From Chitinophagales bacterium (lineage in GTDB: Bacteria; Bacteroidota; Bacteroidia; Chitinophagales; CAIOSU01): a stretch of DNA of 64,000 nt. The stretch is from positions 26,109 to 90,108 of the forward strand of contig JBBDNB010000043.1 of NCBI GenBank assembly GCA_040877935.1. Direction: 5' to 3'. The notes below the pieces were generated by a model. It saw nothing but the letters and a program-made list of their open reading frames with translations. It was not told where the DNA came from and did no database searches. This document shows positions 53,337-64,000 of this stretch, piece after piece. Every line of letters starts with the position of its first letter. Within the stretch, counting starts at the first letter, position 1. The translations under genes were made by a program, and so were the position numbers.

Positions 53337-56099
53337 CTAAATATTGTTTCTAAGTAAATCTAAATTATCAAGTATGCTTTTTTCAATACTGGAAAATTGC
53401 AGGGGGATTAGCTCCAAATCCTTTTCTTCTTTGGCTTCCAGCTCTATTGCTTTAATCACTTCAAGTATGTTTTTCATTCCAAGATAAGAAAAGGAGGATT
53501 TCATTTTATGGGCCACACTCCTTACGCGTTCCCAGTTTTGGTTCTCAATAGAGGATTTTAAAATAACGAGTTCTTCAGGTGTTTCTTCCAGCACCAGGTC
53601 AAGCAATTTCTTTTTCAATGCGCTGTTTTCACCGGTGAGCGTATTGATAAAATTCATATTGAGTTGATCCTCTACTATTTCTGGGATGCTGTTTTCTTGT
53701 TCTTCAGGAGTGTCGCTTTCTTCTTCTGTATCTTGTGCATCCAGCATTTCAGGGTTTAAAACTTCAGCCAATCTTTGATACAGTTCATTGGGGTCAATGG
53801 GTTTAGAAACATAGCTGTTCATGCCGGCCTCTATACATTTTTCTGCTTCACCTTTGGTGGCATAGGCAGTGAGGGCAATTATAGGTACATCACAGATTGG
53901 TGCATCCATTTCCCTGATGGCGCGAGTGGCATCATAACCATTCATTTCCGGCATTTGAATGTCCATCAGAATTGCATCGTACTGTTTGTTTTTTACTTTT
54001 TCACAGGCAATTACTCCGTTTTCTGCTATATCAATGCTGATGCTTTCGCCCCACCACGATTTTATTGTTTCGCTGGCCACCATTTGGTTGAGCTTTTTAT
54101 CTTCAACCAGCAGTAAATACTGAATGCCAATGGGCTTAAATGCTTTAACTTTGTTCACAGGTGCAATAGCGGATTCTTTACCAGGACTTGCATCCGACTG
54201 GCGAAATGGCATTGTGGCAATAAATTCAGAACCCTGTCCGACTTTGCTTTTCACTTCTATCTTTCCGCCCTGTAGCTCAATTAATTGACGAGAAATGGCC
54301 AGTCCCAATCCGGTGCCCTCTACCAGGCGGGCTGTGTTTTCATTAATCTGTTCAAATGTTTGAAAAATATTTTCAAGTTTATCATCAGGAATGCCGATGC
54401 CCGTATCTTTTACCAGCATTTGCAGAAAAATTTTATCCTTCTCTTTTTCTACAACACGCACTATTAGTTTCACAAAACCTTTGTCGGTAAACTTTACAGC
54501 ATTGCCCACCAGGTTGATCAATATTTGATTGAGCTTAACCGGATCGCCAATCAATACTTGTGGAATATCCTCGGCTATTTCAAAGATCAGCTCAATGTCC
54601 CGTTCTTTTGCTTTGAATTTGAAAGTGTAATTCAATCGGTCAAACAATTGTCTGGGCTGAAAAGGGGAGTAATCAAATTTCATTTCACCGGCCTCTATTT
54701 TTGAAAAGTCGAGTATGTCATTGATCAAGGCCAGCAAGTGTTCGGTAGATGACTCTATAGCTCCGAGGTATTCTTTTTGAATTTCACTAAGGGAGGTATT
54801 GCTCAACAAACGGGTAAGACCTGAAATGGCATTCATGGGTGTTCTGATCTCATGACTCATATTGGCCAGAAATCGCTCTTTCATTTTTGATGAACGCTGT
54901 GCAAATTCTTTTTCTTTAATCAGTTCTTCTGCCCTTCTTTTTTGGGTGAAATCGCGAATGGTTCCCTGAAAGCCAAGAATTTTGCCATCCAGTGTTTTCC
55001 ATATAGAAGAAGTTACTGTTCCCTGTATTCTGTTGTTGAATTTGTCTTTTAACTCAACTTCATAATCTTTTACAAAGCCTTTTTCTTTTATTTCTTTTAT
55101 AAAAGCACTGCGTTGTTCAGGATTGATATACAGGTCGCGCACATTGAGGTGCTTCATTTCTTCCTTACTGTAACCAAATATTTCAGTTGTAGCCTTGTTG
55201 AAATCGAGAAAATCACCGGCTTCGGAAGTGATATAAATGGCATCTCGCGATTGATCGAATAAGTTGTAATATTTCTCTTCGCTCTTTTTGAGTGCTTCTT
55301 CTATTTTCTTCCTATCGCTAATATCCTGTATAGTCCCTACTATTCTTTTATTGTCTATTTGCTTTGCATCATTGGATTTAAGTCTGAGATTGATGTGCCT
55401 GGCTTCAGACATTGTGTTTACATTAATGACAATATCTTCATTGTAAACCACAGTCCCTTCCATTGCATTTCTAAACAGATCCTTAATGTTCTTCCGGTCT
55501 TTTTGATCAACTATTTCCAGGAAACTCTGTAATGATGTTTTTTCTGTTTGGAATGCACTTTGTAATACATTTAGGGCTTCTATCGACCAATTGATTTTAA
55601 GAGTAATGGGGTCTAATGTCCAGTTGCCGATATTGGCAATGGCTTGTGCTTCAATCAGTCTTTCTTTTTTGTCTTTTAGTTCCTGGGCAATGCGGGTAAG
55701 CTGGTGTTTTAGCTGATGTCTTTCAATTGAATAGTCTATCGACCTTTGCAGCAGGCCTTCGTTCAGTTCTTTTTTTTCAATAAAATCTTCTGCTCCCGAT
55801 TTGATAGATTCAAGGGTGAGGGTTTCACTTTCTAAACCTGACATTACTATAATCGGCAGCTTTTTATTGTATTTTTTGATAAACTGCAATGCTTCTTTCT
55901 TATTGCTGTCAGGTAAATTGACATCCATCAGCAGTATATCAAAGGCTTTAAAATCCAGCTGAATTATAGCTTCTTCAAGGCGTTCAAGGCTGTGCACTAC
56001 GATTTTTTTGCGGTTGTGATTTTTTACATAGCGCTTTACCAATTCCACATCAGATGGATTGTCCTCAATAAGAAGAATATGCAATTCGGTTTCTTTCAT
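53337..56099 (-). CDS. hybrid sensor histidine kinase/response regulator (REC-PAS-PAS-HisKA-HATPase-REC-HPt)
   Basis: N-terminal REC (ILLIEDNPSD...LLMDVNLPD), H-box MSHEIRTPMN, G-boxes DTGIGI/GTGLGL, a second REC (ILMDIQMPEMNG) and an HPt histidine in VAHKMKSSFSYLG. Confidence 0.9.
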   Translation of the reverse strand: MKETELHILLIEDNPSDVELVKRYVKNHNRKKIVVHSLERLEEAIIQLDFKAFDILLMDVNLPDSNKKEALQFIKKYNKKLPIIVMSGLESETLTLESIKSGAEDFIEKKELNEGLLQRSIDYSIERHQLKHQLTRIAQELKDKKERLIEAQAIANIGNWTLDPITLKINWSIEALNVLQSAFQTEKTSLQSFLEIVDQKDRKNIKDLFRNAMEGTVVYNEDIVINVNTMSEARHINLRLKSNDAKQIDNKRIVGTIQDISDRKKIEEALKKSEEKYYNLFDQSRDAIYITSEAGDFLDFNKATTEIFGYSKEEMKHLNVRDLYINPEQRSAFIKEIKEKGFVKDYEVELKDKFNNRIQGTVTSSIWKTLDGKILGFQGTIRDFTQKRRAEELIKEKEFAQRSSKMKERFLANMSHEIRTPMNAISGLTRLLSNTSLSEIQKEYLGAIESSTEHLLALINDILDFSKIEAGEMKFDYSPFQPRQLFDRLNYTFKFKAKERDIELIFEIAEDIPQVLIGDPVKLNQILINLVGNAVKFTDKGFVKLIVRVVEKEKDKIFLQMLVKDTGIGIPDDKLENIFQTFEQINENTARLVEGTGLGLAISRQLIELQGGKIEVKSKVGQGSEFIATMPFRQSDASPGKESAIAPVNKVKAFKPIGIQYLLLVEDKKLNQMVASETIKSWWGESISIDIAENGVIACEKVKNKQYDAILMDIQMPEMNGYDATRAIREMDAPICDVPIIALTAYATKGEAEKCIEAGMNSYVSKPIDPNELYQRLAEVLNPEMLDAQDTEEESDTPEEQENSIPEIVEDQLNMNFINTLTGENSALKKKLLDLVLEETPEELVILKSSIENQNWERVRSVAHKMKSSFSYLGMKNILEVIKAIELEAKEEKDLELIPLQFSSIEKSILDNLDLLRNNI

Positions 56100-56562
56100 A
56101 TTATTTAACAGGCTTGGCTACAAATTTGCAAAAAAGCGGGATTAAATCGGCAGGTTTAATGTGAAAGGCGGAGTAATGGACAAAATGGGGGCTAAAAAAT
56201 AACCGAAAGGCTAAATGTGATTGAAAACCTTTCCTTTTATTATATTTCCCAATTCTTCTTTACATAATAAGTATAAACCTCTAACAAAATTCATCATTGC
56301 CAGGTTACTTTGCCTAATTTATACACTTACCCATTCAGCCTTAATAGCCCTGTATGTAAATAAAAACGGCAAATTTCCATCTATAAAATTGAGATGAAGG
56401 TATTTTTTAGGATTAAAGTTTGCTTATTCAAGTATTTGATAATCAGTAGGTTGTGTTTTTTAAGTGTGTTTATCAGTTGAGTGTAATAGTAAAAATTCTC
56501 TAATAATACGTAAAAAGACGTAACCTTGTAAGTGGTAAGTCGTATTAAGTGGTAGATAAACC

Positions 56563-59500
56563 ATGCTTACCATGAAATACTTAATTAACTACCTGTTATT
56601 ACTATTAACTTGTTCTCCTGTTTTTTACTTGAATGCACAAAATACTCCGGCCGGAATAGGTGGAGCTTATGATCTTAATTTATGGCTTTCTGCTGAAGAT
56701 ATTTCCGGTTTGGATGATGGTGATCCATTGTCTGTCAGTTGGATAGATCGTTCCGGTAACGAATTTAATGCATCACAAAGTGACTCGGTAAATCAACCTA
56801 CGTACCACGAGTCTGCTATTAATGGTTTTCCGGTTCTGCGATTTGATGGAGATGATGATTTTCTGGATGGTGTGCACAGTTATAGTGCCCGCACGGTATT
56901 TATTGTTTTTAAAATGAGCAATACACTACAGAAAACTACAGATTTGGCGCAGCTATGGGGCAATGATGCAGATGGTGTTCATATTGCAGCAGAACCGCGA
57001 GCTGGTTCTGCTCAAAAAGGCTTTAGTTTTGAAGGTCTTGGCTCAAGTAATACAAGGGCACAGTATGCACTTAATTCTAATGCTTATTCACGTTGGGTTA
57101 GCTATTCCAATACTCAGGCATGGAATTATAATCAATTTGAGCTTGTAGCTGTTGAATTTAAAAATGTTGAAAGCATCAACCGACAAGTGTTCGGTTCTTT
57201 ATACCCCAATCAGAATATTGGCGATCATCAGTTTGGTGGTGATATTGCAGAAATTATTGTCTTTGCGGATCAATTGGGGGAGACCCAAAAAATACTTGTA
57301 GAAAATTACCTTGCTGCCAAATACAACCTTACAATCAGCAATGATCTGTTTGCATATAATCTTACACATAAGCACGATTTGGCTGGAATTGGCCGCATCA
57401 CGGGAGGTGACAATCATACCGAGGGATACTCAGCCGGAATGCTTGGTTTAAAAGAATCAACAGCTTTAAATAATGGGGCATATGCGCTTATTGCGCACAA
57501 TAATGGAGCAGCAGATGCCTGGACTACAGCTGAAACTCCAATAAACCTTAGTATGGAACGCATCAGCAGGGAGTGGAAAATAGGCTTAACGGGTGCTCCA
57601 GGAGCTACTGTAGTTGTTTTAGACACAAGCGATTTGCCTGCTAAAAGCAATCCCAACTCAAGCTGGGTATTGCTCATTAGTTCTGATGGTAATTTCACAA
57701 CCAATCCTGAGATTCATTTTTTAGATGAAAACGCAGGGAAATACCAAAGCAATGCTTTACAATTAAATGATGGAGATCACTATACTATTGCTGCTTTAGA
57801 AACAAATTTTGATTTTACTCAAAATAACTTTAGCGCTTTAGAGTCCGAAGATTCAATTACTATAAGCATTGCACTGGATCTCCCCTTTAATGATGCTATA
57901 AATTTTACACTTCAAACTACCGATTCTACTGCTCTTAGCCCAGATGATTATCAGGCATTGAATGCTTCCTACAGCATTCCTGCCGGTGATACGCTTATTC
58001 AAATTGGGATTCAATTGGTAAATGATTTAAATGCTGAAACCGATGAATTTATCAAGCTTAAAATGATTCCTGATAATACTGATTTGTTTGAAGAAAAAAC
58101 AGCTATAGCTACAATTCACGATGATGACAATACCAGAAAAGTGAGCTTTCAAATGGCTTCAATGAGCGGGGCTGAATCTGTAAGTAATATTCCGGTAAAT
58201 GTAGTACTAAACGAAGTTGATTCAACAAATGCAACTACTGTAAAATATCGCCTTAAAGGAGGTACAGCTACAAATGCAGTTGATTATACATTAACAGAAG
58301 GCACGCTTACTTTTCCCCCATCATCAGTTATTCAGTCATTTGACATTACTGTTATAGACGATGCAATTTACGAAACCAATGAAACAATTATTTTAGAATT
58401 ATTTGATCCTTCTAACTGTAATATATCCGACACCGATCCTAAAGAGTTCACCTACACCATCACCGACAATGATCCAGCTCCGAAATTGAATTTCACTATT
58501 CCCACTATGTCAAAAACCGAAGGTAATTATAGTGTTGATATTCCATTAGAGCTTTCTGCAGCATCCGGCATAGATGTTAATTTTGAATACAGCATTAAAT
58601 CTGCTACGGCAAGTTCAGGAAGTGATTATATATTCAATGCATCCTCTTCAATAATTATTTCAGGGGATACCGGTAAAGTTCTATCGCTTCAAATTCTTGA
58701 AGACAATATTACAGAAGCAGATGAAACGGTAATCATTCGCATGAATGTACTATCTGGAGCTGAAACTGGATCTGATTCAATTTTCACGCTTACAATAAAT
58801 GACAATGATGTGTTTGGTTACTCTGGTCCCGGAGGTGTTGGTGATTCAGCGTTAAACACCTTTTGGTTAGATGCATCAAGTATTAGTGGTATTGCCTCGG
58901 GCAATGCAATCAATACAAACTGGCCTGACAACAGTGGGAATGACCACCATGTTTCCCAGGTTAATGCTGCCTATCAGCCTACATACATCGAAAATGAAAT
59001 CAATGGACTGCCTGTAGTGCGTTTTGATGGGGCAAATGACTTTCTTGACAACAGCTATAATTATGATATTGCAAGCGGAATAATTGTAATGAAAGTTAAT
59101 TCTGCTACACAGCAAAACAATCAGCAAGCACAAGTTATTGGCAATTATGCTGAAGCACATTTTGCTTTTGATCCCAGCAACGGAAATAATGTAAGAGGTA
59201 TGACCTTTAATGGTAGCACTACTGAAAAAGGAAGGTTTCGTTTAAATGGAGGTGCTTATACTACCTATGCTGAAAAAAGCAATACCCAGCAGTGGGCATT
59301 TGATGATTTTTTTATAGTAAGTGCTGATTTTGAAAATACCATCAGTTTTACCAGAATGGTAATTGGATCTATGTATCCATCATTTACTGTGGGGCAACAG
59401 CAGTTTGGAGGAGATATTGCAGAAATTATTTTGTTTCAGAACCATCTGAATGAAGCACAAAAAACAATTATTGAAAATTACCTTGCCGTTAAGTATGGCA

Positions 59501-61710
59501 TCGCTATTAGCAATGACAATTACAGTTTTGATGCTACACATCCTCATAATCTTGTGGGTATAGGCAGAGCCGGTGCTGATGATTTGCATATCAATTCAAA
59601 ATCAGCAGGAATATTGAAATTAGATAACCCTGTCGCCCTCTCTGATGGAGACTATGTTTTTGCAGGACATGACAATCAGAATATTTCTGCCTGGCAATCT
59701 GCTGGTGCACCCAATGCTTCAACAAGAATGCTGGAACGTCAGTGGAGAATTGATGCAACAAATGCAAATGCAGAACTCAACTTTTCAGTAGACACATCTG
59801 ATCTGCCTGCACTTCCATCAGGTTTCACAGCCTGGGCTTTGTTGGTAGATGAAGATGGTGACTTTACTCAAGCGAGTATGTTCCATTATTTAGATTATAA
59901 CAATCAATCTAATTATACCTCAACAAATGTAAAAGTAAATTCTGGTGACTATATAGCCATAGCTGCAGTGAAAAATATTTCTGCGGGAAATGGAAATTTT
60001 GCAGATGCTTCCACTTGGGCAGGAGCAGCACCTGAAAGTACAGACACGGTTATTATAGCAGCAAATCACACAGTTGAATTGAATGGTGATGTAAGTTCAG
60101 CACACTTGTATATAAGCGGATATGCAAGCCTCGAGCTAGGCAGCAATACATTAAGTATAAACGAAGGCAGTATGGAAATTTATGGCACGCTGGATATGGG
60201 AACAGGTACAATCAGTTATGCTGCAAATGGCAACCAGTCAATTGCTCATGTGACATACAACAATTTAAAACTGGAAGGTAGTGGGTTTAAAACTCTTAAC
60301 GGTAATACAATTGTAAATGGCAATTTGATATTGGATGCAGGAACTTTAGATGCCAATAATAGCAGTAATTACAGCCTGCAAGTAGCTGGGAACTGGGTGA
60401 ATAACGGTGGAGCTTTTGAACCGCGCAATGCAGAAGTAGAATTAAATGGAGCTGTAGAACAATCCATTACTTCTAATGGAACAGCCTTTTATGATTTAAC
60501 GATATCGGGCTCAGGCCCTTATCAATTGCTTGACGATGTTAGTGTCAATAATGTACTAAATCTGCAAAACGGGATTATCTCTACACAAAGCAACAAACTC
60601 ATTATCAGCAATTCCGCAGAAGCTGCAATTACAAATTACAGTACAGATGCTTTTATCAATGGTAATTTAGAAAGAGCAGTAACAAGTGGTGATAATGAAT
60701 ATTTTTTTCCGGTAGGAAATGGAGAAAACACTACAAATTATCATCCGGCAGAAGTAGCGAGCAATTCACTTGTTGGCGTAAACAACATTACTGTTTATTT
60801 TTCCAATGTTGAGCGACACAGTGATGAGGATATGGAAGCGGTAGATTCCTGGCTTGATTATCAGGCTTTATGCCATGATGGGCTTTGGATAATCACACCT
60901 GATCAACAACCAAGTGGTGGAACCTATAATGTGAAATTGTACATAATTAATATGGCAGGTCTTGAGGACAATAAATTTGCAGTAATTAAAAGACCTGAAG
61001 GTGCTCCTGATGCCAAAGCTTGGTCAGCCCAAGGTAGTATAAATGCTAAAAATGGTCAGGGGCGAAAAATTAGCGATGGCTATGCACTTCGAATGGATTT
61101 GAGCAGTTTTTCTGAATTTGGAATAGGTGAAGGTTCTGAAAGTGGAGATGGTCTGCCCGTAGAACTCATGTATTTTAATGCTTTCAAGAATGGAGATAAA
61201 GCTCAACTTGAGTGGCTTACTGCTACTGAGATCAATTCAGATGCATTTGAAATTCAGCGTTCAGACAATGCGATAGATTTTAAAAGTATTGGAAGAGTTG
61301 AAGCCCAGGGCAATAGTGTAGAAGAAGTTGAATATGTTTTCATAGATAAAAAACCATTAAAAGGAGACAATTATTATCGTTTGAAGCAAATTGATAAGGA
61401 TGGGCAATATGAAATATTTCCGGTAAAACAAGTCTATTTCGATACCTTTAATAAGGAGATTGAAGTAAATATTTACCCCAATCCTTCTAATGGGAAACAC
61501 CTGAATATTGATCTAAAAAACATTGCACGGGAAGATCAAAGACTCGAACTGAAAATCTATGACACAAGGGGCAGGCAGGTCTTTGAATATGGAAACTTTG
61601 TGTCAGAAAACAACAAGATAATCTTAAATGAAAGTTTAACTTCCGGTATTTATATACTTGACATACAAATTGAAAAATTCAGTCAAAAAGTAAAATGGAT
61701 TATAAACTAA
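56563..61710 (+). CDS. 1715-aa secreted LamG/ConA-like + Calx-beta + beta-helix-like protein with T9SS type A C-terminal domain
   Basis: Signal peptide. Two copies of a ~370-aa module (NQPTYHESAINGFPVLRFDGDDDFLD / YQPTYIENEINGLPVVRFDGANDFLD ... GGDIAEII.F). Calx-beta repeats (GGTATNAVDYTLTEGTLTFPP...ITVIDDAIYETNETIILEL). C-terminal NIYPNPSNGKHLNIDL...SGIYILDIQ. Confidence 0.85.
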   Translation: MLTMKYLINYLLLLLTCSPVFYLNAQNTPAGIGGAYDLNLWLSAEDISGLDDGDPLSVSWIDRSGNEFNASQSDSVNQPTYHESAINGFPVLRFDGDDDFLDGVHSYSARTVFIVFKMSNTLQKTTDLAQLWGNDADGVHIAAEPRAGSAQKGFSFEGLGSSNTRAQYALNSNAYSRWVSYSNTQAWNYNQFELVAVEFKNVESINRQVFGSLYPNQNIGDHQFGGDIAEIIVFADQLGETQKILVENYLAAKYNLTISNDLFAYNLTHKHDLAGIGRITGGDNHTEGYSAGMLGLKESTALNNGAYALIAHNNGAADAWTTAETPINLSMERISREWKIGLTGAPGATVVVLDTSDLPAKSNPNSSWVLLISSDGNFTTNPEIHFLDENAGKYQSNALQLNDGDHYTIAALETNFDFTQNNFSALESEDSITISIALDLPFNDAINFTLQTTDSTALSPDDYQALNASYSIPAGDTLIQIGIQLVNDLNAETDEFIKLKMIPDNTDLFEEKTAIATIHDDDNTRKVSFQMASMSGAESVSNIPVNVVLNEVDSTNATTVKYRLKGGTATNAVDYTLTEGTLTFPPSSVIQSFDITVIDDAIYETNETIILELFDPSNCNISDTDPKEFTYTITDNDPAPKLNFTIPTMSKTEGNYSVDIPLELSAASGIDVNFEYSIKSATASSGSDYIFNASSSIIISGDTGKVLSLQILEDNITEADETVIIRMNVLSGAETGSDSIFTLTINDNDVFGYSGPGGVGDSALNTFWLDASSISGIASGNAINTNWPDNSGNDHHVSQVNAAYQPTYIENEINGLPVVRFDGANDFLDNSYNYDIASGIIVMKVNSATQQNNQQAQVIGNYAEAHFAFDPSNGNNVRGMTFNGSTTEKGRFRLNGGAYTTYAEKSNTQQWAFDDFFIVSADFENTISFTRMVIGSMYPSFTVGQQQFGGDIAEIILFQNHLNEAQKTIIENYLAVKYGIAISNDNYSFDATHPHNLVGIGRAGADDLHINSKSAGILKLDNPVALSDGDYVFAGHDNQNISAWQSAGAPNASTRMLERQWRIDATNANAELNFSVDTSDLPALPSGFTAWALLVDEDGDFTQASMFHYLDYNNQSNYTSTNVKVNSGDYIAIAAVKNISAGNGNFADASTWAGAAPESTDTVIIAANHTVELNGDVSSAHLYISGYASLELGSNTLSINEGSMEIYGTLDMGTGTISYAANGNQSIAHVTYNNLKLEGSGFKTLNGNTIVNGNLILDAGTLDANNSSNYSLQVAGNWVNNGGAFEPRNAEVELNGAVEQSITSNGTAFYDLTISGSGPYQLLDDVSVNNVLNLQNGIISTQSNKLIISNSAEAAITNYSTDAFINGNLERAVTSGDNEYFFPVGNGENTTNYHPAEVASNSLVGVNNITVYFSNVERHSDEDMEAVDSWLDYQALCHDGLWIITPDQQPSGGTYNVKLYIINMAGLEDNKFAVIKRPEGAPDAKAWSAQGSINAKNGQGRKISDGYALRMDLSSFSEFGIGEGSESGDGLPVELMYFNAFKNGDKAQLEWLTATEINSDAFEIQRSDNAIDFKSIGRVEAQGNSVEEVEYVFIDKKPLKGDNYYRLKQIDKDGQYEIFPVKQVYFDTFNKEIEVNIYPNPSNGKHLNIDLKNIAREDQRLELKIYDTRGRQVFEYGNFVSENNKIILNESLTSGIYILDIQIEKFSQKVKWIIN

Positions 61711-61732
61711 AAGCGTTGCTCATGTCTTCAAG

Positions 61733-61768
61733 CGGAGTTTGTTTTAACGACAAACTCCGTTTTTTTTT
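61733..61768 (+). terminator. rho-independent terminator
   Basis: CGGAGTTTGT...ACAAACTCCG 10-bp stem followed by T9. Confidence 0.85.
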
Positions 61769-61839
61769 GCCAAAATATTAGATGCCTTAGATTAAATCTT
61801 TATTTTCGACTTTTGTCAGAAATGAAAAGCACTTAAGGT

Positions 61840-64000
61840 ATGTTGGGGGAAAAATGGAAAATAATTGGGGTGGGGCTCTTGCTGTATTTATTTGTAATAC
61901 AGGCTTCATTTGCACAAACAATTATTAAGGGACAAGTAAAAGATCAAACTACAAACGAGGCTATGTTTGGTGCTTCTGTAATAGTTGAGGGCACAACTAC
62001 AGGTACACAAACAGATTTTGACGGCAAGTTTGAGCTTGAAATTAAAAAAGACCTACCCCTTACTATAAAAATCTCATTCCTTGGATACGATGACTACACC
62101 CACCAGTTAACTGAAGAAAATAAAGATCAGGAGATTAAGGTCAAACTCAAAGAATCCAGTGTAAGTATGGATGTGGTTGAAGTAAAATCTACGCGACTTA
62201 CACAAAAGGAAAAAGAATCGCCCCTAACAGTAGAAACAATGGGGATTACTGCAATTAAGGAAAATACAGCAGCCGATTTCTATGAAGGCCTTGGACAATT
62301 GAAAGGTGTTGACCTCACTTCAGCCAGTATTGGGTTTAAAGTGATCAATACGCGTGGTTTCAACAGCACATCCCCGGTACGTTCATTACAGTTGATCGAT
62401 GGTGTTGACAATCAATCTCCCGGATTGAACTTTTCGCTGGGAAATTTTCTTGGGACTTCAGAACTGGATATACAAAAAGTCGACCTGATTCAGGGTGCTT
62501 CTTCAGCATTTTACGGCCCCAATGCTTTCAATGGGGTGATTGATATGCGCACACGCGATCCATTTATTCACCAAGGACTTTCTGCCCAGGTGAAATATGG
62601 AGAGCGAAATCTTTTTCAAGGGGCTATGCGCTATGCCAAAGTTTTTCAAAATAAAGAAGGCGAAGACAAATTTGCCTTTAAGTTGAATTTTTCCTACCTG
62701 CGTGCAGATGACTGGGAGGCTACCAATTATGACCCTGCAACAGATTCTGAAGTAGGGCGTGACAATTTGGGAGGTTACGATGCTGTGAACATATATGGCG
62801 ATGAAGACCTGGCCGGAGGCAACGATTTCAGACAAAACACAAGGTCTTATCCCGGGCTGGGCATCTATTATCGCGATGGATATAGAGAAGAAGATATACT
62901 TGATTATGAAACAAAAAACACAAAAGCTTCAATGGGTTTGTTTTACAAAATAAAATCAGACCTGGTTTTGAATTACAATCTCAGTTATGGCGGGGGAACT
63001 ACTGTTTACCAGGGAGAAAACCGATTTTCCCTGAAAAACATACACTTTTATCAGAACAAGCTTGAATTGAGCAAAAAAGACAAATGGTTTGTACGTGCTT
63101 ATTCTACCAATGAACGGGCCGGTGACACTTACGATGGTGTAGTGACAGCTTTTATTATGCAGGATGCGGCAAGGAGTAACACTAACTGGAACAGGGCTTA
63201 CAGCTCTTATTGGAACCGTTCAATAGTGCCCAGGTTTAATAATAGTGAAGGCTTTCCTCAATTGCCCGGAGTGGGTGGAGATATGAATGCCTATAATGAT
63301 TCGGTAAATATGTATGTTGAAAATAACCGTGCATTATTTGAAGATTACCATACTGAAACCCGCGATGTGACTAATAATTCGGTACGTGGGGAGCAAATGT
63401 CCTATGCACAGCCCGGAACTGAACAATTTGACTCACTTTTTAATGTAGTTACCAGTAATTATTTATCAGAGGGAGGTTCACGTTTTTATGACCGTTCTGC
63501 CCTTTATCATTTGCATGGGGAATATACCTTTGAGCCAAAATGGACAGACAATATAAAAGTAGGTGCCAACGGAAGATTGTTTGCGCCAAACTCTCGCGGA
63601 ACTATATTTCAGGATACCATTCAATATGCCTATGATACGACTTTCGATGCTTCAAATAATATGGTCATTGATACCAGTTCGGAATACAACAGAATCACCA
63701 ATTTTGAATTTGGGGTTTATGCAGGGATTGATAAGTCTTTTCTTCATGATCAGTTAAAAGCAAGTTTCACTATTCGTGTAGATAAAAACCAAAACTTTAA
63801 TTTTCTTGTATCGCCCGCTTTATCGCTTGTTTATAATTTAGATGAAAATAATACTTTCAGGTTGTCATTTTCTTCAGCAATAAGGAATCCCACATTATCT
63901 GATCAATACCTGAATTTTAATGTGGGCAGGGCCGTTTTGTTGGGCAATTTAAATGGATTCGACTCACTGATTACGGTTGAATCTTTTCAAAACTATATAA
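61840..64000 (+). CDS. TonB-dependent receptor with N-terminal CarboxypepD_reg domain (3' end off window; absent from ORF track)
   Basis: Hand translation of frame 1 from the ATG at 61840 finds no stop up to nt 64000. It reads MLGEKWKIIGVGLLLYLFVIQASFAQ (signal), IIKGQVKDQTTNEAMFGASVIVEGTTTGTQTDFDGKFEL (CarboxypepD_reg), then plug motifs DGVDNQSPGLNFSLGNF and QGASSAFYGPNAFNGVIDM. Confidence 0.85.
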   Translation, partial: MLGEKWKIIGVGLLLYLFVIQASFAQTIIKGQVKDQTTNEAMFGASVIVEGTTTGTQTDFDGKFELEIKKDLPLTIKISFLGYDDYTHQLTEENKDQEIKVKLKESSVSMDVVEVKSTRLTQKEKESPLTVETMGITAIKENTAADFYEGLGQLKGVDLTSASIGFKVINTRGFNSTSPVRSLQLIDGVDNQSPGLNFSLGNFLGTSELDIQKVDLIQGASSAFYGPNAFNGVIDMRTRDPFIHQGLSAQVKYGERNLFQGAMRYAKVFQNKEGEDKFAFKLNFSYLRADDWEATNYDPATDSEVGRDNLGGYDAVNIYGDEDLAGGNDFRQNTRSYPGLGIYYRDGYREEDILDYETKNTKASMGLFYKIKSDLVLNYNLSYGGGTTVYQGENRFSLKNIHFYQNKLELSKKDKWFVRAYSTNERAGDTYDGVVTAFIMQDAARSNTNWNRAYSSYWNRSIVPRFNNSEGFPQLPGVGGDMNAYNDSVNMYVENNRALFEDYHTETRDVTNNSVRGEQMSYAQPGTEQFDSLFNVVTSNYLSEGGSRFYDRSALYHLHGEYTFEPKWTDNIKVGANGRLFAPNSRGTIFQDTIQYAYDTTFDASNNMVIDTSSEYNRITNFEFGVYAGIDKSFLHDQLKASFTIRVDKNQNFNFLVSPALSLVYNLDENNTFRLSFSSAIRNPTLSDQYLNFNVGRAVLLGNLNGFDSLITVESFQNYI

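Overview
This window looks like an AT-rich Bacteroidota chromosomal segment. The evidence is type A and type B T9SS C-terminal sorting domains on at least six large secreted proteins, a CarboxypepD_reg/TonB-dependent receptor, and a TTTG/TAnnTTTG-type promoter. Housekeeping genes (pyruvate carboxylase, glutaryl-CoA dehydrogenase, LolD, FtsE, OxyR, an SLC13 permease, a hybrid two-component kinase) are interspersed with accessory material:

1. A tRNA-Arg(TCT) hotspot. The intact gene is surrounded by three tRNA-derived fragments that are split by tiny palindromic inserts.
2. An adjacent Type III restriction-modification operon (mod, AlbA_2/HATPase_c_4 gene, res) with decayed genes on the tRNA-proximal side of the operon and a WG-repeat remnant upstream of mod.
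3. A RAYT (IS200-like Y1 transposase) flanked by REP-like GTAG hairpin clusters.
4. Two paralogous repeat adhesins. One carries about 2.8 near-identical 738-bp tandem repeats, and a T9SS-domain remnant lies between the two genes.
5. Two unassigned structured non-coding regions: a roughly 350-nt promoter-to-terminator unit at 24.85-25.2 kb, and a 228-bp element bounded by inverted repeats at 42.2 kb.

I saw no rRNA, CRISPR array, integrase or reverse transcriptase. All calls come from reading the sequence and the ORF translations by eye; no database searches were run.
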